Source: Flavobacteriaceae bacterium (GTDB lineage Bacteria > Patescibacteriota > Minisyncoccia > Phycocordibacterales > UBA1006). Taken from it: 62,913 nt of DNA. A program made the position numbers and the translations under genes. The stretch is taken from contig JBLHIK010000001.1 in assembly GCA_047614005.1 (NCBI GenBank), positions 1 through 62,913 of the forward strand. The letters run 5' to 3'. Shown here piece by piece: positions 39,984-50,611 of the stretch. Under the pieces are notes generated by a model, which ran no database searches, had not been told where the DNA came from, and saw only the letters and a list, made by a program, of their open reading frames with translations. The first letter of the stretch is position 1; every line of letters starts with the position of its first letter.

Positions 39984-42011
39984 TTAGTTAACAATTTTGT
40001 ATGGAGTTCGTGAATCTTCTTCTAGTTGGAATGTGTAGTTGTTCATGTCAGCTACTGAACCATCTTTAGATGTAGCAGCTTCTACGCTATCTGATGTCCA
40101 TTGGATATCAGCTAGGTATGCACGAATTTGTTTAGATTCTCCTGCGTTAGTTCCAGAAATGTTAATTGTAACAGTTCCTGTTGAACCTTTCGCAATTTTG
40201 TAGAGTAGATCTGAGTTGTACTCTGTACCATATGCAGTATCGTCACCTGTTACTTCTGTAACATCAGTATCAGATTCTGTCATAGTAGCACTTACAGAAC
40301 CAAGAGCTGTACCAGTGTTATCTACACCATATAGTACGTTTACTTCTGTAGCAGAGTTTGCAGTTAGGATTTGCGCAACATCACGGTTGATGTATACAGC
40401 ATTATCTCCAAATGCAGTGATGTCTAGTGTCCATGAGAACTGAACGATATCGTTATCAGCTAGATCTACTGAAGTAACATCAGTAGTAGCTGATTTAACA
40501 TCTACCATAATTCCTTCAGTTCGTAGTTCATGAGCGTCTCCTAGGAATGATCCAGTTTCTGTGAAGTCACCGTCATCATTTCCATTAGCATCTGTATATT
40601 CTGTTAGGTTTATAGCAGTTACTTGAAGAGTATCACCTTCAGCGTATCGAGCACCATCATTTGTATCATCAAGATCAACAATAACATATACTGTTACTAT
40701 TTCATCTCCTGAGATATCAAAATCAATGTTGTCGAATGTTACTGTAGTACCTGTAACAGATTCTTCTGCAAACTTATTATCTACATCTTCTGATGTAGAT
40801 AGGTATGCTTTTTTAACAATGTTTGCAACTGTACCTGTACCTGTAGTAGCTAGAGTAGCTACCATCTCAGAGATGTTAACGTTTACGTCATCACCTTCTT
40901 CGATTTCAAATACTCCGATAACAACACCATTTGTAGCTGTTGAGTCATCTACTTCTATTACCACAGCTTCAGGATCTTCTGATGCAGCAGCAATGTCTAG
41001 AGAAGCTGTTTCTTCTGTATCAAAAGAAAATTCATCGTCTAGATCAAAACCATCTGTAAATGTGAATCCTGTTCCATCAACAAATCGAAATGATGAAGAT
41101 GTAGTACCTATTTCCCAGTCAGCACTTTCGTCATCTGAATCAATGTTGTTAAGTGTAGTGAATAGGAATCCTACTTCTGTAGTCTCATCAGATGCAAGAG
41201 CTGCATCTATTCCTGAGAAACGTAGTCGGTATTCTTGGTTTGTAGTTGTAAGAGTTCCTGTGTCATATTCTGACCAGTCAGATGAAGAGTCAGTATTCTC
41301 ACGAGCTACTTCTTCTCCATCAACAGTAACTGCGATTTCTGAGAAATAGTCCCAAGGTTTTGATGATTCAGAACCTGCAAGATCTTCTCCCATGTATAGA
41401 TCAAGTCGATTTAGCATAAGATCACCGTCGTCAGAAAGTTCAATATCAAGAACAAATAGTTCAACATTTTCTTGATCTTCGCTTACGTCAGTTTCTTTTG
41501 CAGATCCAACTGTGAATGAATCAACTGAACCTTCTGTTCCTTCAAAGTCTGAAGGAGTAGTAGATTCTCCAGGAGCGTCTGTACAGTTTGAAGCTAGAGT
41601 CATGCCGTTAGGACATAGATCTTCTGCAGGAGTATTTCCTGCTGGAGCTTCTGTACAGTTTGATGCTAGAGTCATGCCGTTTGGACATAGATCTCCTGCA
41701 ACAACTACTGTTGCTGATCCTGCTAGTACTGCACCAGTGTTTGGTCCAGCAATACCATCAGCCTCTAGGCCGTTAGCAGTTTGGAAAGCTTTAAGACCAG
41801 CAATTGTGTTTGGTCCGAAGTTTCCGTCAACGTCTAGTACTGGGTTTGCACCAGCCATGTTTAGAGCAGATTGTAGCTCTATTACTTGTGATCCGTTTGA
41901 ACCAGCACTAAGTGTAGACGTATATGTGTACGCTTGTGCTGACATAGTGAATCCAAGCATCATTACTGCTGCAAATGCAAGAGTAAGGATTGTATTCATA
42001 ACTTTAGTCAT
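39984..42011 (-). CDS. secreted cell-surface (S-layer-like) protein with N-terminal peptidoglycan-binding domain
   Basis: Signal MTKVMNTILTLAFAAVMMLGFTMSAQA. PG_binding_1-like SNGSQVIELQSALN..VDGNFGPNTIAGLKAFQTANGLEADGIAGPNT. Two DLCPNGMTLASNCT(E/D)AP repeats. A long acidic Thr/Asp/Ser-rich beta-type region. Confidence 0.7.
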   Translation of the reverse strand: MTKVMNTILTLAFAAVMMLGFTMSAQAYTYTSTLSAGSNGSQVIELQSALNMAGANPVLDVDGNFGPNTIAGLKAFQTANGLEADGIAGPNTGAVLAGSATVVVAGDLCPNGMTLASNCTEAPAGNTPAEDLCPNGMTLASNCTDAPGESTTPSDFEGTEGSVDSFTVGSAKETDVSEDQENVELFVLDIELSDDGDLMLNRLDLYMGEDLAGSESSKPWDYFSEIAVTVDGEEVARENTDSSSDWSEYDTGTLTTTNQEYRLRFSGIDAALASDETTEVGFLFTTLNNIDSDDESADWEIGTTSSSFRFVDGTGFTFTDGFDLDDEFSFDTEETASLDIAAASEDPEAVVIEVDDSTATNGVVIGVFEIEEGDDVNVNISEMVATLATTGTGTVANIVKKAYLSTSEDVDNKFAEESVTGTTVTFDNIDFDISGDEIVTVYVIVDLDDTNDGARYAEGDTLQVTAINLTEYTDANGNDDGDFTETGSFLGDAHELRTEGIMVDVKSATTDVTSVDLADNDIVQFSWTLDITAFGDNAVYINRDVAQILTANSATEVNVLYGVDNTGTALGSVSATMTESDTDVTEVTGDDTAYGTEYNSDLLYKIAKGSTGTVTINISGTNAGESKQIRAYLADIQWTSDSVEAATSKDGSVADMNNYTFQLEEDSRTPYKIVN
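41572..41694 (-). repeat. 72-nt-period direct repeat inside the surface-protein gene (encodes the two CPNGMTLASNCT modules)
   Basis: ggagcgtctgtacagtttgaagctagagtcatgccgttaggacatagatct versus ggagcttctgtacagtttgatgctagagtcatgccgtttggacatagatct. Confidence 0.8.
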
Positions 42012-42591
42012 AAAATTTAATTTACTAATAATTAATAATGTACGTATATGAAGCGTTCCCTCTGTCGATACCTTTATCGTATCTTCGTTGCGAAAACTTC
42101 CGTACTATATATATGTACGTTTGCGTCGACTAACGAAAACGAGATATATATGATTTTTGAGATGTTCGATAGTTCTTTACGCTATCACAGAGTCTCACTC
42201 TGTTGACAATAAAGACATACGTCTCGATTGCCCTGTCGACAAGACAATGCCTGTCGCAGTATCCTAAATCGAAGAGTGAAAAAGCTTTTAGGCTTTTTCT
42301 CTCAACTTGTTTTAAGTTTACAACGATCAGGCTATTCTTTTAGCGCATGGACGTCACTTGTATAAAAACAAATAACGCACAATGCGCATAGAAATAGTGT
42401 ACCCCTCTTTGCACGAAAATGCAAACAGAAACACTTCTCTATGTGGATATCTCAAAGAGAATCCACCAGCCAGCTCAGCCTCTTGTAGATAGTACTGTCA
42501 GTTGAAATAACAACTGACAATACTTCTACGAAAAGGCGAAAGTTCGCCTAGTATACTAGACGAGCTCTTACATGTTTTCTTACAGCGGAAA

Positions 42592-42621
42592 ATATTATGA
42601 TGTTTTTCTATCTTCTGTCAA
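42592..42621 (-). promoter_or_regulatory. sigma70-like promoter candidate (TTGACA-18 nt-TAATAT), ~570 nt upstream of the surface-protein ATG
   Basis: Read on the minus strand: TTGACAgaagatagaaaaacatcaTAATAT. Confidence 0.45.
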
Positions 42622-42681
42622 ATATAGGTTTTCTATGTCTTGTGCAGGTCGGATCTACATAAGAGAACCTTAATAAGAGAG

Positions 42682-43638
42682 CTATTTATCTGAGAGTGAA
42701 TACGTACTCCATCTCTTGTCCCCTTCTTTTGCAACGAGTCCTTTATCAATGAGTTCATTGAGAGTTCTTTGGATAGTTTTCTCTGAGCAATCGAGAATGA
42801 TTTCGGAAATGTCTTTTATGGAAACTTTTTTCTTGTCCTTTACTACTTGTAGTATTGCCCTTGTTCTCTCTGCTCGTATACTCTTTTTCATAACCCTGTT
42901 AAAGACATCTGTCTTATTGTTTTTTCTTTTAGCGAGCTGTCCTTTAATGGTGTCTTTTATGTTTTCTTGTCTTTTAGTTTTGTCTTTTATTATATCTTTT
43001 AAGGACTGTGTGTCCTTGATACTTTTTTTCGATGATGAAGACTCTGGAGGATTGTCTCTCTGAGATTTTTCTAATGGTTTATCTGAAAGAGTATTGTCTG
43101 ATGAAGAAGTGCTATCAGTAGAAGAATCTTTTGTTTTCCCCTCTTCATCGAAGATACGAGAAAGAGATACTCCAGCATCTGGACTCGAAGTAGTTCCTGG
43201 AAAGAACATGTCTATGTTTTCTTTTTGGCGAGATTGAATGCTACTGAAAAGAGAGAGGCATTCCTTTTCTATAATCTGATAGTTCATGTCTGAGATAAGT
43301 CCTCCCATGCGAGCTACAGAAAGAAAAGAAAGCATAGAACGAACCTCTTCTGTAGCCTCAGTAAGAACATAGTATGAATCTCGTCCTCGCACTGACAAAA
43401 GAGAATGCATATCGGACAAGAGTTCGAGAGAGATGAGTCGTAGCTTTTCTCGAAGTGGCTCTTTTTCGCTCATGCAACCTGTGACCATATAGAGAGCTGT
43501 GACTATTTTTTCTGTCCGTGACGTTTCGTCCTTTATAAAGACGGAGAGGCTTTTCGCCTTGTTTTCAAACGTTGTAATAAAGGACATATCATTTTGTCCT
43601 TGAGAATTGTTCTGAGGAATGTTTGAATCGTTGTTCAT
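42682..43638 (-). CDS. hypothetical regulator with C-terminal winged-helix DNA-binding domain
   Basis: The C-terminus VSIKDISEIILDCSEKTIQRTLNELIDKGLVAKEGDKRWSTYSL is DeoR/MarR-like. The central linker is Ser/Lys-rich. Confidence 0.55.
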   Translation of the reverse strand: MNNDSNIPQNNSQGQNDMSFITTFENKAKSLSVFIKDETSRTEKIVTALYMVTGCMSEKEPLREKLRLISLELLSDMHSLLSVRGRDSYYVLTEATEEVRSMLSFLSVARMGGLISDMNYQIIEKECLSLFSSIQSRQKENIDMFFPGTTSSPDAGVSLSRIFDEEGKTKDSSTDSTSSSDNTLSDKPLEKSQRDNPPESSSSKKSIKDTQSLKDIIKDKTKRQENIKDTIKGQLAKRKNNKTDVFNRVMKKSIRAERTRAILQVVKDKKKVSIKDISEIILDCSEKTIQRTLNELIDKGLVAKEGDKRWSTYSLSDK

Positions 43639-43875
43639 ATATGTCTTTTATGTTTGTCTTTTAAAACAGTTTTTGTCCCTTATGTATTTTCTTCTAACGG
43701 ACAACTTTTAACTGAAAGACAGTATACATTTTTCAAAAAGAATTTCAACTTTACAATATGTATTTTTCTGATTTTGTGCGTTATAGGTAAGAGAGAGATG
43801 GATGGCCTTGTGCGGAGCACAAGGCCATCCATCTCATTTTAAAAAACCACTTGGAAATGTTATACTGACAGTATT

Positions 43876-46158
43876 ATGACAGCAAGAAAAATACAGAAAA
43901 CCAAAGGGAGAAAGCCTTCAAGAAATACGACAAAAGAAACTTCAAAAAAGAAAACTATACCAAGGAAAAAATCACAAGAAACAACAACACCACGAGAACC
44001 TCTACTGAAAAAAGAGACACGCTACAGTATCTTTGCTATCGGCTTTATCATTATAGGTGTCTTCTTTATCTTTGCTGGATTTAGCGGAGGTGGCGTGGCT
44101 GGAGACTTTTTCTTCACTCAGTTCAAGGCACTTCTAGGAGCTGGATATGTTCTCCTTCCCGTTTCTCTTTTTCTTCTTGCTGGGTCATATTTCAAAGCAC
44201 ATCACCCTCGCTTTGCCCTCCCTCATGCTATTGCGGCACTCATCTTTCTTCTCTCAAGTCTAGGAATACTTTCTCTGGTAAATGAAACGGGTGGATCACT
44301 CGGACATATTGTCGCAATGCCTTTTGTGGCACTTTTCGATGTTCTCTTTTCGAGTCTCATTCTCTTTGGACTTCTCGTCACTTCTCTTCTCATTATGTTT
44401 GACACTCAGCTCAAACTCACACCTTTTATCACTCTCTGGGACCGACTCTTTAAAAAGAAAGAGAGAGAAGAAAGCGTACTTTCTGAAGATGAGGAAGATC
44501 TCATAAACAATAGACAAGAGTCTCTCGAAGAAGAGAAACCTGCAGAAAAAGAAACACCTAACAAAGAAATGAAGGAAGACATTCAGGAAGAGCCAAAAGA
44601 GGAATCTCTCCTCGATAGCTTCTTGGGAGCACCAAAGAAAAAGAGCTCTTATACTCCTCCCCCTCTCTCTCTTCTTACTCAGAAAAACACAAAGCCAAAT
44701 ACAGGAGATGTAAAAGCAAATGCAAACATCATAAAGAGAACATTCCTCAACTTTGGAATAGAAGTAGAGATGGATGAAATCACTATCGGTCCGACAGTGA
44801 CGCGATATTCCCTCAAGCCAGCACAAGGTGTCAAACTCTCTCGCATACTCAGCCTACAGGACGACCTTGCTCTTTCTCTCGCAGCTCACCCTATCCGTAT
44901 CCAAGCCCCTATTCCTGGAAAATCTCTTGTAGGTATCGAAGTACCAAACAGAGTAAAAGCAACAGTATCTATATCGAGTCTCTTTACAGATAAGGCATAC
45001 AAGGAAACAAACCTCACTCTCCCTCTTGCTATTGGACGAGGTATCACAGGACAAGGAATGTACGCTGACCTCGCTCGTCTCCCCCATCTTCTTATTGCAG
45101 GTGCAACAGGATCTGGTAAATCTGTAACAGCTCACGCTCTTATCAACTCTCTTATCTTTAGTAATGGTCCTGAAGAGCTTCGCTTTATCATGGTAGACCC
45201 GAAGCGAGTGGAACTCACTCTCTATAACGGAATACCTCATCTTCTCACACCTGTGATCACAGAAGCAAAGAAAGCTATCCTCGCTCTCAAATGGGCAGTA
45301 AATGAAATGGAACGGCGATATGAAGTCCTTCAAGAGTTGCGCGTACGTGACATAGGCTCATATCACGAAACCATAGCAAAAGTAAAAGGTATCAAAAAAG
45401 ACGGTACTGAACATGAAAAAATGCCATATATCGTTATCATTATCGATGAGCTTGCTGATATCATGACTACGTACCCTCGTGAGCTCGAGAGCGGTATTGT
45501 ACGGCTTGCACAGATGTCACGTGCTGTTGGAATGCATCTCATACTCTCTACTCAAAGACCGAGTGTCAACGTCATCACAGGACTCATCAAGGCCAACATA
45601 CCAGCACGTATTGCTCTTCAAGTATCCTCACAAATAGACTCACGAACCATACTCGATGAAGGTGGTGCTGAGAAACTCCTCGGACAAGGAGACCTTCTCT
45701 TCAACTCAGGAAAAATGTCTGCACCAGAGCGACTTCAAAGTGCATACATATCAGAAGATGAGATAAAAGACATCGTGGCTTTCCTCAAGAAACAATACGA
45801 GGACGAAGTACCAGATACTCTCACTCTCTCTTCTGGAGTAGACGATGAGAGCAACAATACTTCTATCTTTGACCATGTTACTCTCGATGAAGACAAAGAG
45901 TCTCAAGACGATAGATATGACGAAGCAAAAGATATAGTCCTCCGAGAAAAGAGAGCAAGTACTTCATATCTGCAACGTCGCATGGGTATAGGATATACAC
46001 GTGCTGCACGAATGATAGACATCCTCGAAGAAAACAATATCATCGGACCACAAGATGGATCTAAACCTCGCGAGATATTTGAGACTCGTGATACCTCACA
46101 AGTCCCTGATGTAACTGAAGATGACACTCTTCTCGGAGCTCATTTGATGGAAGAATAA
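43876..46158 (+). CDS. ftsK: DNA translocase FtsK/SpoIIIE
   Basis: N-terminal TM segments, Walker A GATGSGKSV, IIIDELADIM, gamma domain ASTSYLQRRMGIGYTRAARMIDILEE. Confidence 0.9.
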   Translation: MTARKIQKTKGRKPSRNTTKETSKKKTIPRKKSQETTTPREPLLKKETRYSIFAIGFIIIGVFFIFAGFSGGGVAGDFFFTQFKALLGAGYVLLPVSLFLLAGSYFKAHHPRFALPHAIAALIFLLSSLGILSLVNETGGSLGHIVAMPFVALFDVLFSSLILFGLLVTSLLIMFDTQLKLTPFITLWDRLFKKKEREESVLSEDEEDLINNRQESLEEEKPAEKETPNKEMKEDIQEEPKEESLLDSFLGAPKKKSSYTPPPLSLLTQKNTKPNTGDVKANANIIKRTFLNFGIEVEMDEITIGPTVTRYSLKPAQGVKLSRILSLQDDLALSLAAHPIRIQAPIPGKSLVGIEVPNRVKATVSISSLFTDKAYKETNLTLPLAIGRGITGQGMYADLARLPHLLIAGATGSGKSVTAHALINSLIFSNGPEELRFIMVDPKRVELTLYNGIPHLLTPVITEAKKAILALKWAVNEMERRYEVLQELRVRDIGSYHETIAKVKGIKKDGTEHEKMPYIVIIIDELADIMTTYPRELESGIVRLAQMSRAVGMHLILSTQRPSVNVITGLIKANIPARIALQVSSQIDSRTILDEGGAEKLLGQGDLLFNSGKMSAPERLQSAYISEDEIKDIVAFLKKQYEDEVPDTLTLSSGVDDESNNTSIFDHVTLDEDKESQDDRYDEAKDIVLREKRASTSYLQRRMGIGYTRAARMIDILEENNIIGPQDGSKPREIFETRDTSQVPDVTEDDTLLGAHLMEE

Positions 46159-46159
46159 T

Positions 46160-46567
46160 ATGACACTTCCTCATACAAAAAAATATTTTATGAGGGCGAG
46201 TATTACCTTAGGAATATTGCTCCTCGTAGGATATGGAATCTTTTCAGGTAGAAAGATAATCCTCGGACCCTCTCTCGATGTGACTATTACAGAGTATGAT
46301 TCGTACATACTCTTTGAAGGAAATTCCCACTCGGCACAAACAGTCTCTATCAACGACAGGTCTATCCCTATCTCTCTTGAAGGAGACTTCTCTGAGTCAT
46401 TGCTGAAAGTCCCTGGATATTCTATAATTACCCTAGAGGCGATAGACCGCTTTGGAAAAGTAAGACATCGCACCTATCATTTTTATTCACCCTTAGAAAG
46501 AGAAACACTCTCATACATACAATATGACAACAAAGAAAACACAACCGAAAGCGAAAGCTCCCTCTAA
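46160..46567 (+). CDS. hypothetical membrane-anchored protein
   Basis: 135-aa ORF between ftsK and recA. Its 3' end overlaps the recA start. Confidence 0.5.
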   Translation: MTLPHTKKYFMRASITLGILLLVGYGIFSGRKIILGPSLDVTITEYDSYILFEGNSHSAQTVSINDRSIPISLEGDFSESLLKVPGYSIITLEAIDRFGKVRHRTYHFYSPLERETLSYIQYDNKENTTESESSL

Positions 46568-47594
46568 AAAAGACACAACAAAAACAAAAGAAAGTAATCT
46601 CATAGATGACTTGCGAGATACTATCGATTCTATTCAAACAAAGTTTGGAGAAGATGCCATTATGCGTCTTGGAGATAAACCAAAAGTAGATATCGATGCT
46701 ATATCAACTGGATCACTTGGTCTGGATAATGCTCTCGGTATCAACGGTGTTCCTCGTGGACGCGTTATAGAAATATATGGACCAGAAAGTTCTGGTAAGA
46801 CCACCCTCTCACTACATATCATTGCTGAAGCTCAAAAAGCTGGAGGTATATGTGCTTTTGTAGATGCAGAGCATGCCATGGACCCTGTCTATGCAAAGAT
46901 TCTTGGCGTAAAAACAGAAGACCTCCTCATCTCTCAACCAGATACAGGAGAGCAGTCTCTCGAGATCACAGAATCTCTCGTACGTAGCGGAAAAGTAGCT
47001 GTAGTCGTCATAGACTCTGTTGCTGCACTTACTCCAAAAGATGAAATCGAAGGAGACATGGGAGCTCATCATGTAGGAAAGCAAGCGCGACTCATGAGCC
47101 AGGCTCTTCGAAAACTCACAGGTATAGTAGCAAAGAGCAACACTACAGTAATCTTTATCAACCAGATTCGTATGAAGATAGGTGTGATGTTTGGTTCACC
47201 AGAAACTACTTCCGGTGGTAAGGCTCTCAAGTTTTATGCATCTGTGCGTCTTGATATTCGTCGTATTGCTCAGATAAAGAAGGGAGATGATGTAGTAGGA
47301 GCGCGAACGCGTGTGAAAGTAGTAAAGAACAAAGTAGCCTCCCCTTTCAAGCAGACAGAGTTCGACATCCTCTACGGAGAAGGAATATCTCGAACAGGAG
47401 AATTGCTTGCTCTAGGAGAAAAGTTCAAGCTCGTGAGTAAGGCAGGTGCATCATATAGCTATCACCCTGAAGAAGGTGAGAAAATAGCTCTCGGCCGTGG
47501 ATATGACGCAGCGCGAAAAAAGCTCGCAGTAGAAAAGAAAATACAAGCTGAACTAAAAAAACGCATACTAAGTGCAATGAAAGAAGAGAAATAA
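46524..47594 (+). CDS. recA: recombinase RecA (Lys-rich N-terminal extension)
   Basis: [65 protein letters not shown]. Confidence 0.92.
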   Translation: MTTKKTQPKAKAPSKKDTTKTKESNLIDDLRDTIDSIQTKFGEDAIMRLGDKPKVDIDAISTGSLGLDNALGINGVPRGRVIEIYGPESSGKTTLSLHIIAEAQKAGGICAFVDAEHAMDPVYAKILGVKTEDLLISQPDTGEQSLEITESLVRSGKVAVVVIDSVAALTPKDEIEGDMGAHHVGKQARLMSQALRKLTGIVAKSNTTVIFINQIRMKIGVMFGSPETTSGGKALKFYASVRLDIRRIAQIKKGDDVVGARTRVKVVKNKVASPFKQTEFDILYGEGISRTGELLALGEKFKLVSKAGASYSYHPEEGEKIALGRGYDAARKKLAVEKKIQAELKKRILSAMKEEK

Positions 47595-47595
47595 T

Positions 47596-48171
47596 ATGAT
47601 ATCGTATAGTGAAATAAAAGAGAGGAAATATATTATTTATGAGAATGAACCTTATGAGGTTCTCTCATCGCATATTTTTCGGAAACAACAAAGAAAGCCC
47701 GTCAATCAGACAAAGTTGCGTAATGTTCGCACAGGTAAAGTTACTGAACAGACTTTTCATCAAGCAGATAAAGTAGAGGAAGCGGACCTTTCTCGGAAAG
47801 AAGTCATATATCTTTATACAAATGCTAAAAGTGGAGAGATATTCTTTTGTGATGTAGAAAACAGAGGAAACAGGTTTGCTGTGGATAGCTCTCTTGCTGG
47901 TGGTGTACAGGACTATACAGAAGAAAATGGCACAGTAGATGCTCTTGTTTTCGAAGAAGAAATAATAGGTATTAAACTCCCTCTCACTATAGACCTCCCT
48001 GTAGCTGAGGCTCCACCTAATGTAAAAGGTAACTCTGCATCAGGTACAACCAAGCCTGTCACCATGACGACAGGACTCATGGTAAATGCTCCCCTCTTTA
48101 TAGAAGTTGGAGATGTATTGCGCGTGCATACTGATGATGCAAGATACATGGAAAGAGTAAGTAAGGCATAA
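47596..48171 (+). CDS. efp: elongation factor P
   Basis: VNQTKLRNVRTGKV.., VAEAPPNVKGNSASGTTKPV. The ATG overlaps the recA stop. Confidence 0.85.
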   Translation: MISYSEIKERKYIIYENEPYEVLSSHIFRKQQRKPVNQTKLRNVRTGKVTEQTFHQADKVEEADLSRKEVIYLYTNAKSGEIFFCDVENRGNRFAVDSSLAGGVQDYTEENGTVDALVFEEEIIGIKLPLTIDLPVAEAPPNVKGNSASGTTKPVTMTTGLMVNAPLFIEVGDVLRVHTDDARYMERVSKA

Positions 48172-48225
48172 ACAACCAATAAAGATAAGAGATCAGACCT
48201 CTCTTCTTTATATACTTAGATAATT

Positions 48226-48262
48226 AAAAAGAACGCAAAGCCGAAGGCTTTGCGTTCTTTTT
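48226..48262. terminator. bidirectional terminator between efp and rpsR
   Basis: AAAAAGAACGCAAAGCC-GAA-GGCTTTGCGTTCTTTTT. Confidence 0.8.
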
Positions 48263-48272
48263 AATGTTGTAA

Positions 48273-48458
48273 CTAATATGCAATGTATGGAAGAAGTCCC
48301 ATGAACCGAGCACGCTTTATTTCTCGTGAAAGAAGGCGTTGGTTTTTTGCAGAAAGATTTGTTTTCTTGCGGTTCATAATACGTCCATTTGGGTTTATGA
48401 AGTGTGCAAGAGTTTTTATATCTTTATAGTCAAGGATAATTGTGTTTACGTCTATCAT
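48273..48458 (-). CDS. rpsR: 30S ribosomal protein S18 (short, 61 aa)
   Basis: DYKDIKTLAHFINPNGRIMNRKKTNLSAKNQRLLSREIKRARFMGLLPY. Confidence 0.9.
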   Translation of the reverse strand: MIDVNTIILDYKDIKTLAHFINPNGRIMNRKKTNLSAKNQRLLSREIKRARFMGLLPYIAY

Positions 48459-48485
48459 GTTTATATTTACTTAATTATTTTAAAA

Positions 48486-48956
48486 TTAGAAAGGAATGTC
48501 ATCAGGGTTTATATCACCTTCTGGATATTCAATCTTTTCAGAAGAAGGAGCTGAGGCTGGCGCTTGAGCTGGAGCTGGAGCAGAAGCTGGAGCTGAATCT
48601 GAAGCAGTAGAATCTGATTGTCCTGATCCTTTCGGGCCAAACTGGACTTTTTCTGCAACTATTTCAGTTTTGTACATTTTCTTTTGTGTCTCAGAATCAT
48701 CCCAAGAACGAGTCTGTAGGCGTCCCTCTATCATGAGAGAACTTCCTTTTTTCATATATTGAGAAGTGCTGTCAGCTTGTGCACCAAACACTACTATATT
48801 GTGAAATTCTACTTGTTCTTGTTTTTGACCAGATTGATCTTTCCATACACGATTAGTTGCAATACCGAGATTACATACTGATATTCCTGATGGAAGAGAT
48901 TTGAGCTCTGGATCACGAGTAAGGTTTCCTATGATGATTACTTTATTGAGATACAT
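48486..48956 (-). CDS. ssb: single-stranded DNA-binding protein
   Basis: MYLNKVIIIGNLTRDPELK OB fold, Ala/Pro/Ser-rich linker, C-terminal tip DDIPF. Confidence 0.9.
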   Translation of the reverse strand: MYLNKVIIIGNLTRDPELKSLPSGISVCNLGIATNRVWKDQSGQKQEQVEFHNIVVFGAQADSTSQYMKKGSSLMIEGRLQTRSWDDSETQKKMYKTEIVAEKVQFGPKGSGQSDSTASDSAPASAPAPAQAPASAPSSEKIEYPEGDINPDDIPF

Positions 48957-48991
48957 ATTTAGAAATTGCTAGCTAATATAGTTTTAGTCTA

Positions 48992-49516
48992 CTACTCCTC
49001 AGATTTATCTGCAACCATAGTGTCGATACCTTTATCAACAGCATCTGCATCAAGATCTACTTTTTCTTCTTCTTTCTTAGTATATGTTGCATCAAGAACT
49101 TCTACTACAGGTGTTGCAGATTCCGCAACAACTTCTTTCTTGTCAGCATACTCATCTTCTTCTATATCTTCTGGAATATACTCTACAACATTTGCAGAAG
49201 CTTTTACCATAAGAATACGAAGTGCTTCTGGAAGCTTTTCTGCTTTGTCGTGAATTTCGTCTGCAACAGATGAATCTGCCTCAAATCGAATCCAGCCGAA
49301 ATATGCTTCGTCAAAATACTTATACTCGTTATTAATGTTTTTTCGCATACTATATGCGAGAGAAATCGTTGAAGACTCTCCTTCTACTGTGAAACTTCCC
49401 TTTTCGTCGATAAGAGCTCGCAATGCAGCATGTGCCGCAGAAGCTTTAGCCTCATCGATAGTCGGAATGAAAAGATATGAAAGTTCGTAGCAGGTTGCTT
49501 TTTTTTGTTCTGTCAT
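48992..49516 (-). CDS. rpsF: 30S ribosomal protein S6 with acidic C-terminal extension
   Basis: YELSYLFIP.. and WIRFEA.. match the S6 pattern. Conserved rpsF-ssb-rpsR gene order. Confidence 0.8.
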   Translation of the reverse strand: MTEQKKATCYELSYLFIPTIDEAKASAAHAALRALIDEKGSFTVEGESSTISLAYSMRKNINNEYKYFDEAYFGWIRFEADSSVADEIHDKAEKLPEALRILMVKASANVVEYIPEDIEEDEYADKKEVVAESATPVVEVLDATYTKKEEEKVDLDADAVDKGIDTMVADKSEE

Positions 49517-49762
49517 ACAAACAAGATACTAACAGAACAGAGTAGTGTTGTAAAGATAAAAAAAGAAAATAAATTCAAAAGAGAAGTCTACTCAACTTTT
49601 CCAAGACAAAAAAGGTTCATGGACTGCCCCTGATAATATCAAAGCTTTGAATGCATCATATATTTAAATTTCAACATATAAAAATACACTACTTTCTATG
49701 CGTTCTGTAATATCTTCCTTCATATATTATTTTTTCTTTTTCTTTTTCTTTTTTTCTGTTTT

Positions 49763-50608
49763 TTAAATTTTCCAGACTCGATGTACATTGTCCGCAATAG
49801 TCGAGGCACATTCTTCAAGTGAAATACCTTTTATATCAGCTATCGTTTTGTACACTTCTATGACATGCACTGGCTCATTCCTCTCTCCCCTGTGCGGTAT
49901 TGGTGAGACAAAAGGAGCGTCAGTTTCGGCAAATATCATATCCATCGGAGTATATGATATGACTTCTTCGTAGTGTTTACGCGCAAAGGTAATCACTCCT
50001 GTATATGAAAGAGTAAATCCTCGAGAAAGAAACTCTTCTGCAATAGAGATATCACCTGCAAAGAAATGAACATCTCCACGTAGTTTTTCTCCATATGAGC
50101 TATATTCATCGAGAATAGACAAACAGTCTCTGTAGGCATCGAGAGAGTCTTGTGTCGGCCTTATGTGGAGCATGAGGGGCAGATCATTTTTCAGAGCAAA
50201 CTGTATCTGTGAGTGAAATGCGATTCGCTGTTTTTCAAGAGAACTCTTCTCTGTGCGATAATAATCAAGACCACATTCTCCTACTCCTACTATCTTTTTA
50301 TTAGTATTAAAAATTTCTTGATATTTTTCACTATCAAATATCTCACCGCGAGAAGTAAACTCATCTCCACCTTCTCCTATTTCTTCTTCGTCATGATAGC
50401 TCTTGTCTGTGTGTACAGGATGAAGACCTATTATCGAGTAGCAACTCTCATGGGTGTTTGATATTTCAACAGCCTTGAGAGAGGTTTGGTACTGTGTTCC
50501 AATATTTATAAGAGATACTCCCCCTTTGAGAGCTCTCTCAATCACATCCTCTCTATCATTTTCATATGTCACAAAATTCAGATGAGTATGTATATCAAAA
50601 TACTTCAT
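49763..50608 (-). CDS. tatD: TatD-family metal-dependent hydrolase/DNase
   Basis: FDIHTHL, GECGLDYYR, LMLHIR, FAETDAPF. Confidence 0.85.
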   Translation of the reverse strand: MKYFDIHTHLNFVTYENDREDVIERALKGGVSLINIGTQYQTSLKAVEISNTHESCYSIIGLHPVHTDKSYHDEEEIGEGGDEFTSRGEIFDSEKYQEIFNTNKKIVGVGECGLDYYRTEKSSLEKQRIAFHSQIQFALKNDLPLMLHIRPTQDSLDAYRDCLSILDEYSSYGEKLRGDVHFFAGDISIAEEFLSRGFTLSYTGVITFARKHYEEVISYTPMDMIFAETDAPFVSPIPHRGERNEPVHVIEVYKTIADIKGISLEECASTIADNVHRVWKI

Positions 50609-50611
50609 ATA

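Noticed and set aside
40216-42051. Plus-strand ORFs 40216..40443, 40726..41349 and 41512..42051.
   Set aside because: They are antisense shadows of the surface-protein gene (Ser/Val/Thr-rich mirror frames). The minus frame has a signal peptide and a PG-binding domain.
44223-45333. Minus-strand ORFs inside ftsK (44296..44826, 44854..45333).
   Set aside because: They are antisense to a clearly identified ftsK and are Cys/Phe/Arg-rich nonsense.
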